Shown here: positions 36,267 through 47,757 of the stretch, one piece after another
Layout: every line of letters starts with the position of its first letter
Numbering within the stretch: position 1 is the stretch's first letter
Source of the DNA: Hydractinia symbiolongicarpus
Lineage: Eukaryota
Direction of reading: 5' to 3'
Length of the DNA: 64,000 bases
Assembly (NCBI RefSeq): GCF_029227915.1
Contig: NC_079880.1
Location: forward strand, 19,707,855-19,771,854
Program-made: the position numbers and the translations under genes
Notes under the pieces: model-generated
Told to the model about the DNA's origin: nothing
Seen by the model: the letters and a program-made list of their open reading frames with translations, nothing else
Database searches by the model: none

Positions 36267-36530
36267 CCCTAATTGGACCGGGGGGATTCCGCCCTCCCCC
36301 TGCCCCTTTCTTTTTAATAAATTTTTTTGCTATGCTACATGGTCATGATACTTAGTAGGATTTTATACCTACCTAGTAGGCACCTGTATGCCAAATATTT
36401 AGGCCCATACCTCTCACAGCTGTAGATATTGTCTATTAGTCGAAACTCCTCTTCAAAATCTCTATGAAATCCTTCTAATCGGGAAAATTTAATAACTTTC
36501 ATCAGGATTATCCAAAACATAACAAAGTGT
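36267..36530 (+). mobile_element. piggyBac-like MITE family, 3'-truncated copy
   Basis: TTAA at 36263-36266, then CCCTAATTGGACCGGGGGGATTCCGCCCTCCCCC... The copy is collinear with the first roughly 270 bp of the 61917 copy. Confidence 0.65.
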
Positions 36531-37577
36531 CTACTGCCAACATCTTCGTACTTTTATCGCAATTTTGGTTCTGAAAGTTCCTTACGCAGTTTCTTAGATG
36601 GATTAATTTTTAGTGCTGAACAAAATAGGTATTGAGTTTAAATAACTTTAATCTCCTGTCAAAAACAGTAAAACATTTTACTACAGAAGATACCATATTG
36701 TTTTCTATTTCCTCCAAAGTTTCATACAACAGACTATTTTGTTTCTAAAATATTAGATAGCTTAATACAAAGTTTTGTTGTTGTTTATTAAAAAAGTGTC
36801 TGGTGTTCTGAAGTTGATTTAAAATCTGAAGGGACTGGGTTTTGTATAGTGTTAAGAAATAAATGGAATATTTTTGAGACAACAAAGAGATACCATGCGT
36901 TCAGGTGCAGTCTAGATATTTGATAACTAAAATTCGGCTTGCTATTGTAATATATATTTTAAGCTTGAGAACCAGACTTCATTGTTGAGTGTATAGCGAA
37001 GCTGAACTTTTGTAATTTACGCTTGTTATTTACGCTTTATCCAGAAAAACATGGGAAAATACAAGGCAGAATTTTTTGCAAAATCAGTTGTTGAGATTCG
37101 GGGGATCGTGTAGTTACTGGAGCAGAAATGTTTGTAATGTAGCTACAGTAAAAAAAAAATAAAAAAATATAAGAACAAAATAATAACATTTTCAAGCTAA
37201 GCTTGTCAAAAAATTGAAAGCACTTTAGGCTAAAGTTGAATTTTATAGTTCTTTTATATTCACGCTTCTTTTTATAAGGCTGTCAAAATTTTACCCAGTA
37301 TGGTTTTATCTTTCTATTGTTCTTTACCTGACATCCCAGCCTGGTATTTAATACAGAATATTCTTAGAAAGAAAAAGCCTGTATGTTATTTATTTTAGCA
37401 TTATCCATTAACACTGGCATTACATTGGCATTGATTTTTTAGAAAATATTTTCTGAAAATTATTTTTTCTCCGGTTTCCAGAATCTGCAGAATTCCCATC
37501 CCTACATGCTGACCCTAGATTAATATTTATTTGTCCCAAGAAGGGACTTTTAGAAATGTTCAAAGTTATATGCGTTA

Positions 37578-38023
37578 AGGCTGAAATACAGGTTAAGTTT
37601 AAACGAACCGTTTAGTTGTAAGAAAAAACTTAAAAGTTTAGTTGCAGGTACTACACCTGTCTACACGTTAAGTTAAAATGTATAAGTTTTTCTAAAAAAA
37701 ATTTTTTTACAATAAATACCAAATAAAAAACACGTTTATCTTTTATTGCGGTTATTGCATAGCAGCAGAAGGGGTAATCGTAGAAGAAAAAAAGCGGACT
37801 ACTGGTTAGAAACCGAAAATATATGCTCAAATCTTTAGTTTAACAATAGCTTATCAATTATTCTGTTGATTTCAATAGAAAAAACTTAGCAAAAGTTGAA
37901 CATGTCCAACTTTTAAAAAAACTTATAAAACCGAAAAAAGTTGTACATCTTTGCTGTTTACATGGTAAGTTTTTTTATCTTACATTTAAACGGTTCGTTT
38001 AAACTTGCCGTGTATTTTAGCCT
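37578..38023. mobile_element. 446 bp MITE with roughly 35 bp terminal inverted repeats and a TTA target-site duplication (Tourist/PIF-Harbinger-like)
   Basis: Left end AGGCTGAAATACAGGTTAAGTTTAAACGAACCGTTTAG at 37578. Right end CTAAACGGTTCGTTTAAACTTGCCGTGTATTTTAGCCT ending at 38023, which is its reverse complement. TTA flanks both ends (37575-37577 and 38024-38026). Confidence 0.75.
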
Positions 38024-38891
38024 TTAGTTTCTTACAAAACAACAGTATCATCAGAGCCAAAAATTTAGTAATTTTAACTACTTTTTTCCTTTTTATATTC
38101 AAGTAAAACCTAAACAAACTTTACAAGTTAGTATATACTGCACAAAAACACCAACGTCCGCGGATCGTCTGTCGCCCTTTTTCGATTTGTAAGGGGATAC
38201 TAAATGTTACAAAAGTTTGCCGCCAACGACTACGAGGTTTTTTACACGCGACAAAATAAAGTTGAAAGTACGTGAAAACGAAGTAAACAAAGAGTTATTA
38301 TTGTTTGATAAGTTCATAATGTTGATTATATTTTAGATGTGAAACATTGATAGTACAATCTGGACTATTTGTTTCGCTTGTTTAATACGCTATGTTGAAA
38401 AAACGAATAAATGTTTGTGTATGTTTTATGAGTATGCAAAGTTGCAAACATAAATTTATATTTAAAAAAAGGAAAACGTTGGTAAAAAGAATGATTATAG
38501 AGTATATATCCAATGGCTGACGAAATACACATTATATGTTAATTAGGTCAAATACCTGTTGTTATTATTATTATTATTATTATTATTCATATTTATTTAC
38601 AGGTGTCCTAATCAGGGTTCATAAAGACAATCCTGGTATCAATAGGGTTCCTGTATATACATGTATATAATAAATAATGGTAAAAATTTTAAAAATGATA
38701 AAAAAAAAATGTATTATCTATAAGACAAAAAATGAAATATACAAGATAGTAGAATAGGCGAATGTGCTGGGATAGATAGTTTCGACACCACACTGAAAAA
38801 GACATGAAGAGGAAATACAAAACTGATGGAAAGGAAATCTAAGTGCGCAGAGGTAATTAGACGCGACGCTGTGTGGGAACAAAAGTAAAAT

Positions 38892-40787
38892 TTAAAATTT
38901 AATAACCCTAATGCTTCTTTTAAATAAAAACAATGATGATTCTTTCTGCAGTACAGTTGGTAATTCGTTAAAAATCATACCACCTTGATGACCGAAAGAT
39001 TTTCTTGCGAATTCAGTCCTAAGATGGCCAAGTTTGATGTTTGATTGATTTCTTCGAGTATTCATTGTGTGGTTGATTTGCTCGAAATTGAAGTGGTTTT
39101 CAGTGATGCCATTGATGCTTTTGAAAACTTCAACCGCAGCTCTTTGTTTCTTGATTGTTGCAATAGAATCCCATTGATGGGTACCACCACAAATTTTAAA
39201 CGCTCGATTGTGTAAATATTGTAGCTTGTCTTCCTGGGTTCTCGATAAAGACAGCATTATTGGATAACAATAAAGTAAATTCGGCAGGATAACAGTATTA
39301 TAAACCGATTTTACTATGTCAGCTGTCAAAAGATATCGAATACTTTTGAGTAATTTGAGCTTTCCAGATGCCTTTTTGTACGTTGTGTTGAGATGTTCCT
39401 GTAGTGTCAGATGGTTGTCCAGATTAACCCCCAGATAGATATAATTATCTTCTTTGTTAATGGACGTAGCATTTATCTTGATGGTACATGCTTCCTGTTT
39501 ACATGGGTTTTGATGAGCTCCATACATGACAAACTCAGTCTTTCCCTTTTTAAGATTTATTATTAAACAGTTCTCATTCATCCAGTCTGCAATACGTTGG
39601 ACTTCGTTATTAAGAACTGATTCAACTTCTTTGCTCGATTTTGATGAGTAATATACAACAGTGTCATCGGCATACAAAAGTACTTTCGATTTACTTAGTA
39701 ATTGGTGTAAGTCGTTAACGAGTAGAAGGAATAGTAATGGACCCAGGGTTGAACCCTGGGGTACACCACAAGTAATCTGTTGAGGTGATGAATTTATGTT
39801 ATCGTATGTGACATATTGGGTACGATTGAATAAATAATCTTCGAACCACTGCAACTCGATATCATGGATGCCATGAAGTTGGAGTTTGTGTAAAAGCCGC
39901 GAGTGGTTCACAGTGTCGAAGGCTTTTCGCAAGTCGAGATAAATCGCCTCAGTGCATTCTCCTTTATCTGCATTTTTGCGAATAGTTTCGACAAACAATG
40001 ACACCGCTTGTTGCGTAGATCGCTGTTTACGAAATCCGAATTGTTGGCATTGAAGACGGTTGTTTTCTTCTAGATAATTGTACAGTTGGTGATGTACAAT
40101 TTGTTCAATAATCTTCGAGAATACATTTAGCGCGGAAATTGGTCGATAGTTATCAAGTTTTGATTTATCGTCCGATTTGTATACTGGAGTCACGCGTGCT
40201 ACTTTTTCAGCCGATGGAAACGTATGAGACCGAAGACTCAAGTTAATTAGGTAGCATAATGGAAGTACAATTTCATCGGCGCAATCCTTCATGAGATGAG
40301 GCGGTATTCCATCCGGACCGGCACCTTTTGACACTTTCAGTTTCTTTAGTCGTTTTTTAAGTAAATCAGGAGTAACTGCATTAAATTTGAACACTGACAT
40401 ATTCTTGTTAAGGGAAAGCTTGCTCGACTCATAATACATCCATCTCCGATCACCAATGGAAGTAATAGTATTCGCAAGTTTGGAACCCATACTTGAGAAA
40501 AATTTACAGAAACAACCAGCTATCCTCAATTTATTACTTATTAAGCATCCATCAACATCGATAACATTACTAACACCTTTTTTTGGTTTAACCGGGTAAA
40601 CCTTTTTAATCTCATTCCGAAATGTTTTAGAATCATTTACGTTTTCAGTAAAAATGTTTTGGTGATATTTCTTTTTACTTTGACGTATAAGAGTGGTGAC
40701 TTTATTACGGATTCTTTTATAGCTTTCCCAGTCAAAACTGTTGTTATATTTCCTTGCTTTTCTCAAAAAATGGTCCCTTTCTCTCAT
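38892..40787 (-). CDS. LINE ORF, C-terminal part: reverse transcriptase (..LDLRKAFDTVNH...LLYADDTVVYYSS..) plus a C-terminal region
   Basis: 631 aa ORF. RT motifs including the YADD box were read from the translation. It is 98-99% identical at the protein level to the + strand copy at 53052-54485. Confidence 0.9.
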   Translation of the reverse strand: MRERDHFLRKARKYNNSFDWESYKRIRNKVTTLIRQSKKKYHQNIFTENVNDSKTFRNEIKKVYPVKPKKGVSNVIDVDGCLISNKLRIAGCFCKFFSSMGSKLANTITSIGDRRWMYYESSKLSLNKNMSVFKFNAVTPDLLKKRLKKLKVSKGAGPDGIPPHLMKDCADEIVLPLCYLINLSLRSHTFPSAEKVARVTPVYKSDDKSKLDNYRPISALNVFSKIIEQIVHHQLYNYLEENNRLQCQQFGFRKQRSTQQAVSLFVETIRKNADKGECTEAIYLDLRKAFDTVNHSRLLHKLQLHGIHDIELQWFEDYLFNRTQYVTYDNINSSPQQITCGVPQGSTLGPLLFLLLVNDLHQLLSKSKVLLYADDTVVYYSSKSSKEVESVLNNEVQRIADWMNENCLIINLKKGKTEFVMYGAHQNPCKQEACTIKINATSINKEDNYIYLGVNLDNHLTLQEHLNTTYKKASGKLKLLKSIRYLLTADIVKSVYNTVILPNLLYCYPIMLSLSRTQEDKLQYLHNRAFKICGGTHQWDSIATIKKQRAAVEVFKSINGITENHFNFEQINHTMNTRRNQSNIKLGHLRTEFARKSFGHQGGMIFNELPTVLQKESSLFLFKRSIRVIKF

Positions 40788-40793
40788 TTTTGT

Positions 40794-42173
40794 TTAAATT
40801 TCACCAGTGAGCCACGGACACGACTTTCCTCGAATAGATATTTCTTTGAGTGGAACATGAATATTAATGATTTCGAGGATTCTTGATTTAAATGCATCCC
40901 AGCTTTCATTCATGGTATCTTTAAAGATAATAGAATCCCAATCAGAGTTTTTCATATCATCCTTAAAACGAGTTGCGTTGTAATTTTTATAATCTCGAAT
41001 TTTAATTCTACGAGGTACATAGCGATTGACATTTATTTTTCTGTTTACACCAATTAAGTCATGATCACTGATCCCTAATGGTAGAACTATTGTTTCTTTG
41101 ACATTGTTTTGATGCGAGGTAAAAATTACATCAATTATCGTTTTTGAACTTTCCGTTTCTCTAGTGAACTGTTTGATGAGTTGGTTGAGACCCACAATAA
41201 CAAATAGGTCTTTTAATTGTTTATGATCACTGCGTTTATTATAATCTATATTAAGATCTCCCAGTAGTAAAGTTTCTTTATCTTCCGTTGAGCTATTTGT
41301 CAAAAAGTCGTTAAGACAAGTTTCGAAATTTTTTGTACCATGTAATGAACTATCCGGGGGTCGGTACATGACACAAACGATAAAAGATTTGGACTTTTCT
41401 ACAAAGATTTCTACAACTATGGATTCGATATCACTCTCCAAGTCAAATCTACGTTGCCATTTGAGATCGTCTCTAATGTAAACAATAACACCACCACCAA
41501 TTCCTGTTTTTCGATCTTTCCTTTCAGTACGGTATTCTTCAATTGAAACTAGTGAATCCGGAATTATTTCAGTTAGATGAGATTCAGTTATTCCAAATAT
41601 GTGAATGTTTTTTCTAGTACTAAATAACATGTCCCGGATTTGGTCAATTTTTCCAAACAAGCCATTGACGTTCAGATGAAGAAGTTTGAAACCACGCTTT
41701 TCTGAAAAGGAGTTAATAGTGTCATTTTCAGTTCGACCCCCGTCGTGGTTGAGTCTGCATTGAGTGCAAAGAGATGTTGTGATAAAATCTTTTATGTTGA
41801 TACAATTTTTGTGAAAAAATTGAATACATCCAATACATGTTACCTTTTGTTTGTTATGCTTTATATTATTCAAGCAAGCGCCACAATTAGGACCCGGACA
41901 GATTTCAACGTCCCCGGCAAGTATTAAAAGTAACCAAGTCGTTTCTCTGAGATCAAGATTAAGTTTATAAATGTGATTCTGTTTATAAACCCACAAAGAT
42001 GAACTGTAATAACAATCTTGCACGAAATCAAACGATTCCATAGTAAAACCAATATTTGTATCCATAATATCATAAATTGCAGGTCCAGCTGATGTAAAAG
42101 TAGGCCTTTTCACAGAAAATATAACAACAAGTAATAAGAGGTGGCGGAACACGTCCGTACACCGCAGGGCCAT
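40794..42173 (-). CDS. LINE ORF, N-terminal part: Cys-rich zinc-finger region followed by an apurinic/apyrimidinic-type endonuclease domain (..LLHLNVNGLFGKIDQIRDML...IFGITESHL...SDHDLIG..)
   Basis: 459 aa ORF from a true ATG at 42171-42173. The translation carries the characteristic EEP/APE-EN motifs of LINE ORF2 proteins. It ends at the TAA at 40794-40796, which is in frame with the RT ORF. Confidence 0.85.
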   Translation of the reverse strand: MALRCTDVFRHLLLLVVIFSVKRPTFTSAGPAIYDIMDTNIGFTMESFDFVQDCYYSSSLWVYKQNHIYKLNLDLRETTWLLLILAGDVEICPGPNCGACLNNIKHNKQKVTCIGCIQFFHKNCINIKDFITTSLCTQCRLNHDGGRTENDTINSFSEKRGFKLLHLNVNGLFGKIDQIRDMLFSTRKNIHIFGITESHLTEIIPDSLVSIEEYRTERKDRKTGIGGGVIVYIRDDLKWQRRFDLESDIESIVVEIFVEKSKSFIVCVMYRPPDSSLHGTKNFETCLNDFLTNSSTEDKETLLLGDLNIDYNKRSDHKQLKDLFVIVGLNQLIKQFTRETESSKTIIDVIFTSHQNNVKETIVLPLGISDHDLIGVNRKINVNRYVPRRIKIRDYKNYNATRFKDDMKNSDWDSIIFKDTMNESWDAFKSRILEIINIHVPLKEISIRGKSCPWLTGEI

Positions 42174-42243
42174 CTTTACTCAATGTTGTTAATAAGACAG
42201 CATTGGTGTGTGAAAATAAAAAAGTTTATTTTATGGTGGGTAG

Positions 42244-42603
42244 TATACGTTTATAGGACCAACATGGTGCATATGTGAGTTATATTTGTATAAGTGTAAC
42301 TGTTGATGCGCATGATTACTTATACAAATATAATATACGTTTATAGGACCAACATGGTGCAGATGTGAGTTATATTTGTATAAGTGTAACTATTGATGCG
42401 CAGGATTACTCATACAAATATAGTATACGTTTATAGGACCAACATGGTGCATATGTGAGTTATATTTGTGTAAGTGTAACTGTTGATGCGCAGGATTACT
42501 TATACAAATATAATATACGTTTATAGGACCAACATGGTGCATATGTGAGTTATATTTGTATAAGTGTAACTGTTGATGCGCAGGATTACTTATACAAATA
42601 CAG
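42244..42603. repeat. Four tandem 90 bp monomers (TATACGTTTATAGGACCAACATGGTGCATATGTGAGTTATATTTGTATAAGTGTAACTGTTGATGCGCA(G/T)GATTACTTATACAAATATAA) forming the LINE 5' UTR and putative promoter
   Basis: TATACGTTTA recurs at 42244, 42334, 42424 and 42514, with a degenerate fifth start at 42604. The array lies immediately upstream of the element ORF start. Confidence 0.85.
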
Positions 42604-43096
42604 TATAAGTTTAATTCCTAGTTTATACTAATCTCAATTATTTTAAGCTATTTTCTTGAACAGTTTTGAGATAGCTCATCTGTGAACGTCTGCCTAAAAT
42701 ATAACTTTGGGACCAACTAACATGAACTAAAGTCAACGATTGCTTTACTAAAATGTTTGCTTTTTTGGTGAAAGTTGCTTAATTTGGTGCAATGATATGT
42801 AAACGCAGAAAAGACTTCTGTAAAATCAACGTTGCTGGGCGCTATGTTAAAAGGATGATTCGATTTACGTCAGCCGAATCGACGTTGCGAAACCAACGTT
42901 TAAAAGACGTTGGATTTAGGGTGGCGACATTCTGATGAGATTTTAACGTTGAATGAACGTCGTGCTTGCTGAGGTACAGGCACACCAACTAATGCTGACT
43001 AATAATATGTTTATCTAATATTTCTTAAATTGGGGAAAAAAACATAAATAAATTAAAATAGATTTATCTTTTTTTGTTTAGACTTGTGAAATAAAA

Positions 43097-43724
43097 ATGT
43101 TTTGGTCACAAGCCCTGGCACTAGGTATTGGAACAAGTATGGGTTTAACAGGAAATGCTATTTCAATTGTCGTTTGGAAACGTGTTCTAAAATCTTCCGA
43201 TTTAAATGAGTCACTTACAAATTGGTTGATCACTTCTGCAGTATGCAACATTGGGTTATTGCTGTCTTTTTTGTTAAAATCTGCAATAAGATCGACTAAC
43301 TTAATACATAAGGATACTCCTTTTACTGCTGCAATATTCTCATGGTGTGGATACCCTTTTTTCTCCTTTTTTGTGGTGGCTAGTGTGTGGTTATCGATTG
43401 GAGTCACAATCAAAGCCTTTCTTCTGCGAATTTCACCTGTTAATATTGATGCAAGAAACAGAACGAAGAAAGTTATAGCTATGCTTTTGTTATTTTCATT
43501 ATTGGTTAATGTACCAAGCTTCTTTGTTTACCATTCAAAAGAGAAAGAAGGAATGCATGTGCTTGCCTTGACTACGTATGGCGAATCTCAAAATTCAATT
43601 CAGTACAAAGACTGGTTTTGCTATATTTGTGTTATCTGGCCTCCTTGGATAGCATTGGTGTTCATTGTAGTTTTCATTTTGAACTTACTCAACAGAAAAC
43701 CTATCACAAGTAAATGTCAGAAAG
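43097..43724 (+). CDS. 7TM receptor-like (GPCR-like) gene exon 1: TM1-TM5 (MFWSQALALGIGTSMGLTGNAISIVVW ... WPPWIALVFIVVFILNLLNRKPITSKCQK)
   Basis: ATG at 43097. Five hydrophobic helices follow with the GNxxSIVV TM1 signature. Donor AAAG|gtaata at 43724/43725, phase 1. Confidence 0.6.
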
Positions 43725-44297
43725 GTAATACAATATTCCTGGATTTGCTGCTATTACGTTCGTTATTGCACAGATAATAAAACAAATATTATTTTTTAGT
43801 CCATTCTTTGCCCTTGAAAAACAAAAGAGCCACTTGTTATTGTCGATATCTAAAAGGTGTTTTACATTTGTAATCAATTTTATTGCTTTCTTCACAAGTC
43901 ACCAATGTAATAAAAAAAAACAGTGAGGAACGCTGTATGTTATTCTTCCGCATTTGTTTAAACTTATTTCGGTTTCAGTAGCTTTTATATATATCTGAGT
44001 GTTACAGCAAGACATACATGGTAAACGCAGGGTATTCAGAAATACAATTTATACTGTGTATAGCTGTCGAAGTCAAGCTTTATTTCTTCCGACTTTTATA
44101 TCTGCTGTATGCATCAATTGTACACGCTCTAATTTATCATGATCAATATCTGCTCTATTTGTATAAGTAATCCTGCACATCTGCTCTAATGTGAATGTTC
44201 AGGGTTAAGTAAACAGCAAATTGAACAATAAATAGCAAGATCAAAAAAATTTCAGATTGTAAGGCGGTGTAAAAGTTTAGTTTTTTAAATATTTCAG

Positions 44298-44583
44298 GAC
44301 CACTTTCTCTGGATTCCAATGATCGTCCATTGTGTTGTGTTGATAGTCTATTGTCACCTACTTCAACACCTCTGATCACATTACTTATATGGCAAGGTAT
44401 TATGTACGGTTGGTGGATTTTCAAAGGGAAGATAGAAGTTCAGAAAGAAGCACACTTTAAGCTCGACTTGACAGCATTTATAACATACGGTGTCATCAGT
44501 CATTCAGCCACCAATTGGTTGTGTTATTTCGTAACTAGTAATCTCTTTGAGAAAGAGGTTAGGACAATCTTTCGCCTGAAGTG
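44298..44583 (+). CDS. 7TM receptor-like gene exon 2: TM6-TM7 and C-tail (..PLITLLIWQGIMYGWWIF...SHSATNWLCYFVTSNLFEKEVRTIFRLK*)
   Basis: Acceptor atttcag|GA at 44297/44298 restores the frame as (G)PLSLDSN... Two more hydrophobic helices follow. NWLCY occupies the NPxxY position. Stop TGA at 44581-44583. Confidence 0.55.
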
Positions 44584-44722
44584 AAAGGAGTGGCTATTAT
44601 TGCACTGTTAACTGTTCTATTAATCGTGGTTAATACTGCTTATGTTGGCCGATAAGTTTTTTTGTTTCTTCTTCCCCATTTACCCGCACAGCTAACATTT
44701 GACAATCACAATTCGTCAAGCT

Positions 44723-44838
44723 ATGTCACTTTCTGTACTCGAAGTGGAATTTTCTGGTCAATTTCCCTCTTTCTAGATCATGTCACTTCCTGTACTCGAA
44801 GTGGAATTTTCTGGTCAATTTCCCTCTTTCTAGATCAT
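44723..44838. repeat. Two tandem copies of a roughly 58 bp unit (GTCACTT(T/C)CTGTACTCGAAGTGGAATTTTCTGGTCAATTTCCCTCTTTCTAGATCAT)
   Basis: A direct duplication was read at 44723 and 44781. Confidence 0.85.
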
Positions 44839-45254
44839 AAAAATGTGTTATGTAAACAATTTCAATACCCATTGGCCAAACCAATTTTTGCAAATTTAAT
44901 AAACAGCTTCTTAAAGGCGCGTTATCACCTTGTTGGCAAAACTGAAAGATATAGATGAGAAAATATTATCCTAAAAATTTGTAATGAAAAACTGAAGATC
45001 AGAACATGTTCATATACCAAACTCACCCTAATTTCTCTCAACTTACAGAGCTGCCATAAAATACATTGTACAATTAAGATGATCATAAAGGAACAGCAAA
45101 ATCGGTCAGGTGCTTGGATACATGTCATCAACCAAAAGTTAATCAATGAGGGAAAAATGTGTAGCTTCATTTCTGTTGTAAGGATTATTAAAAATAACAA
45201 AGTTTCGATCAAAGTTTCTGCGTAATTTTCTATGAATTAAACGTTCTAACTTAC

Positions 45255-45676
45255 TCAAATCAGGCTTCTTTTGTAACACAACTTTTTTTCATTAAGTAGA
45301 ATCCTTCTGTATGTTTTCGACACGTGACTAATTCGATTTCCCGATATTTTTGGATTTTAACCCGAAATCGAGAAACCCCGGATTTTCAAGCAGTGTTGTG
45401 CATTTTTTTATGTTAACTATGTTTTTATAAAATTCAAAGAGAACATAAAAAGTCGCTCTAGAAATGAAGTGGTATTTTGAATGAATTTCCGGCTTTTGAT
45501 GTTGTCATATAAAAAGTGCTGACATGAGCAAAAATTAATGCTGCCATTTTGTTTGATTCAATCTGTACATGCCCATAACGATTTGCCGAGGGGGAGGTGG
45601 TGGGCCAAATCTTCTCCCCCTCACTTCTCCCCCCATCCGGTTATAAAATGTTTGAAAAACCTTAGACAGAATAGGG
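45255..45676 (+). mobile_element. piggyBac-like MITE family, 5'-truncated copy ending in ...CAGAATAGGG|TTAA
   Basis: The copy is collinear with roughly 62190-62674 of the full copy. The 3' TIR GACAGAATAGGG is followed by an intact TTAA at 45677-45680. Confidence 0.65.
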
Positions 45677-47757
45677 TTAAAGTCTCACTTTGGGCACTCT
45701 CCCCCGTTCAAAGAATAGGAAAAATATGCAATAACCTTGGTCATACATTTTAATAAATGGAGGAGCGCGTCATAAACAGTAATTATCATAATTAGTGGCC
45801 ATAAGGCCATAAACATTTTGTAGAATAAGTTTGTAGATTTTAGTGTCTTAGGACAATTCCTCGAAAAGTGTCAACATGTGTAACATGTTAATCGCTGGAA
45901 AACCCAAGTACAGCCATAAAAGTCTGCGAGAAGAATGCCAAACTCTAAATAATCTTGAAAAGGGATGAGTAGTAAAAATGTAGCTGCAAAATATAATGTA
46001 CCAAAAAACAGGTAGCTCTGAATTGGTAAACAGTGTCACTAAACAAAGAGTTTGTAGGAAAATGGCTAAGAAATTTTAGAAGAATATTTCAAAATATTTT
46101 TGTGTATCGCATTTATATGTCACGAAGTTCTAAGAACATGGTCAATATCTTTACTTCATATCAAATTTGTGGTATTGTTTTGAAATAAATTTAAATGAGT
46201 CGCCATCGATCGAGTAATGGTCGAATGCAAGTGGAAACCAAATTTTCATAAAAACGCTATCGATCGATTCGACCGATGATGATCGATTCGATCGCATTCG
46301 TTTGAGTAAAAACCGGCCATGTTGGTAACTCAAAAAATAGCAAATTTTTTTTGAAATTTTGAAAGTGAGCGTTTCAAATGTTTTAAAACACTGAAGAAAC
46401 CGAAAAAATGCAATAAGAATATTTTACGTTTTGGTACTACATTTTTTTTAATTAATCTAGCTTACTTAATAAACTATAGCTATATCTATTCATATATTTT
46501 TCAATTCGTAAAAAAAAATCCTGTTATTTAAAAATGTCCTGGCATGGTGGAAACAATCAAATTCTTAAAACTTTTCTTCCAGTGCATGGAACTTTATGCG
46601 ATGCGAGATTTAATTTTGAAATACCTTGCACAGACAAGGCAAATATGTGTGCATAAAACAAATTGTACTGCACACATCGCAGGTGAAATAACTTTGCGTG
46701 CGCTGATAGGGAGGTTAAAAAATGTATTAAGAAACATAATTAAGCATTTTAAAATCACCAACATTTCTCGTTACGTTTTCTGCTCGTACGTTTCCACCTT
46801 ATATTCCTCATCCTTAGTCACAGCAACAAATTGCAGCGTTAATGCTTTTCTTTAACATACTCTTTGCTTTGCAATGTGATCACGTTTTCATCAAATCCCC
46901 GAATGTTGTTGTTCAGAAAATTATTACAAAACTTTTTGCTCTAACTCTCTTTATGTTGTGGTACGATCAAATATCTGACACGATTCTCACTTTGAATTTG
47001 AGTCAACTGACAAAACAATATGCTGTAAAGTAAAATGGCTGGTACTTTAAAACACTTAAACATGTTTTTTTAACCTGTCACGTTTAAACTACTATCATTC
47101 TGTTGGGGATGGATCTAATTGCAACTCGATAGAAAACCTTCCTTCTTGATCATAATATAAATCTATATATTAATATGCCTTGTGTGTGCGCATCGTGAGG
47201 CCAAGGACAAAAATATAGGGCTTACTTTCTGATTTCTCATGCATTGTATCCCCAAAGCGTGGCGTTACGCTAAAATTAACTACTAATTGCCGCACGTAGT
47301 GTAGTGGGTTCGTAATCCCGCTCACTGCTGGTCAGTATGTTAGTGATGAAAAAAGTAGTTCGTTTGTTGTCGAGCGAGTATAAAAAGTTTATGTTGTTGT
47401 CAGAAATATTTGTTATAAAGAAGAAAAACGTACGATGATATAACTTCAAAAAGGGAATTGATTGGAAATGTATCAGACAATTGTAGCTAGCTATAGATTT
47501 TCAAATTGTATTCTTTGGGATGAAGCGAAGTTTAGTAATCGAAGTAAAAAAACTGATTGGACTTTTATCCAGGAAACGCTAGCTAACGGCCTACTGACAA
47601 AGCAAAAGGAAAGCAGGTGTGTTGTTTAGATTGTCTGGTAGAGAAATGAATTTAAGCGAATAACGATTTTTAAGCGGTTTACACAATCGGAGCTAATCTT
47701 TGCCTTAATTATGAAGTTAAATATGTTTTGTCTTGAGCCTGAACATATTCCTTTTCG

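Larger units (their letters stand above)
38560..42615 (-). mobile_element. Near full-length non-LTR (LINE) retrotransposon of about 4 kb: tandem 90 bp monomers in the 5' UTR, then Zn-finger, APE endonuclease and RT (YADD), then a 3' UTR ending in a (TAA)n microsatellite tail. The clade (CR1/L2/RTE-like) was not resolved.
   Basis: Two ORFs at 40794-42173 and 38892-40787 lie in the same frame, separated by one TAA. The (TTA)9 run at 38562-38587 is the element's 3' tail as read on the + strand. A second, 5'-truncated copy at 53062-54790 defines the 3' UTR extent. Confidence 0.9.

Noticed and set aside
40788-40796. Programmed -1 or +1 frameshift between LINE EN and RT ORFs.
   Set aside because: Both ORFs are in the same frame and separated only by a single TAA, so no frameshift is required. 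It is a nonsense codon, and possible read-through is kept as a finding.
47283-47335. tRNA-like TAGTGTAGTGGGTTCGTAATCCC.
   Set aside because: The A-box-like and B-box-like segments are directly adjacent with no anticodon arm, so it cannot fold as a tRNA. It is probably a fragment or chance similarity.
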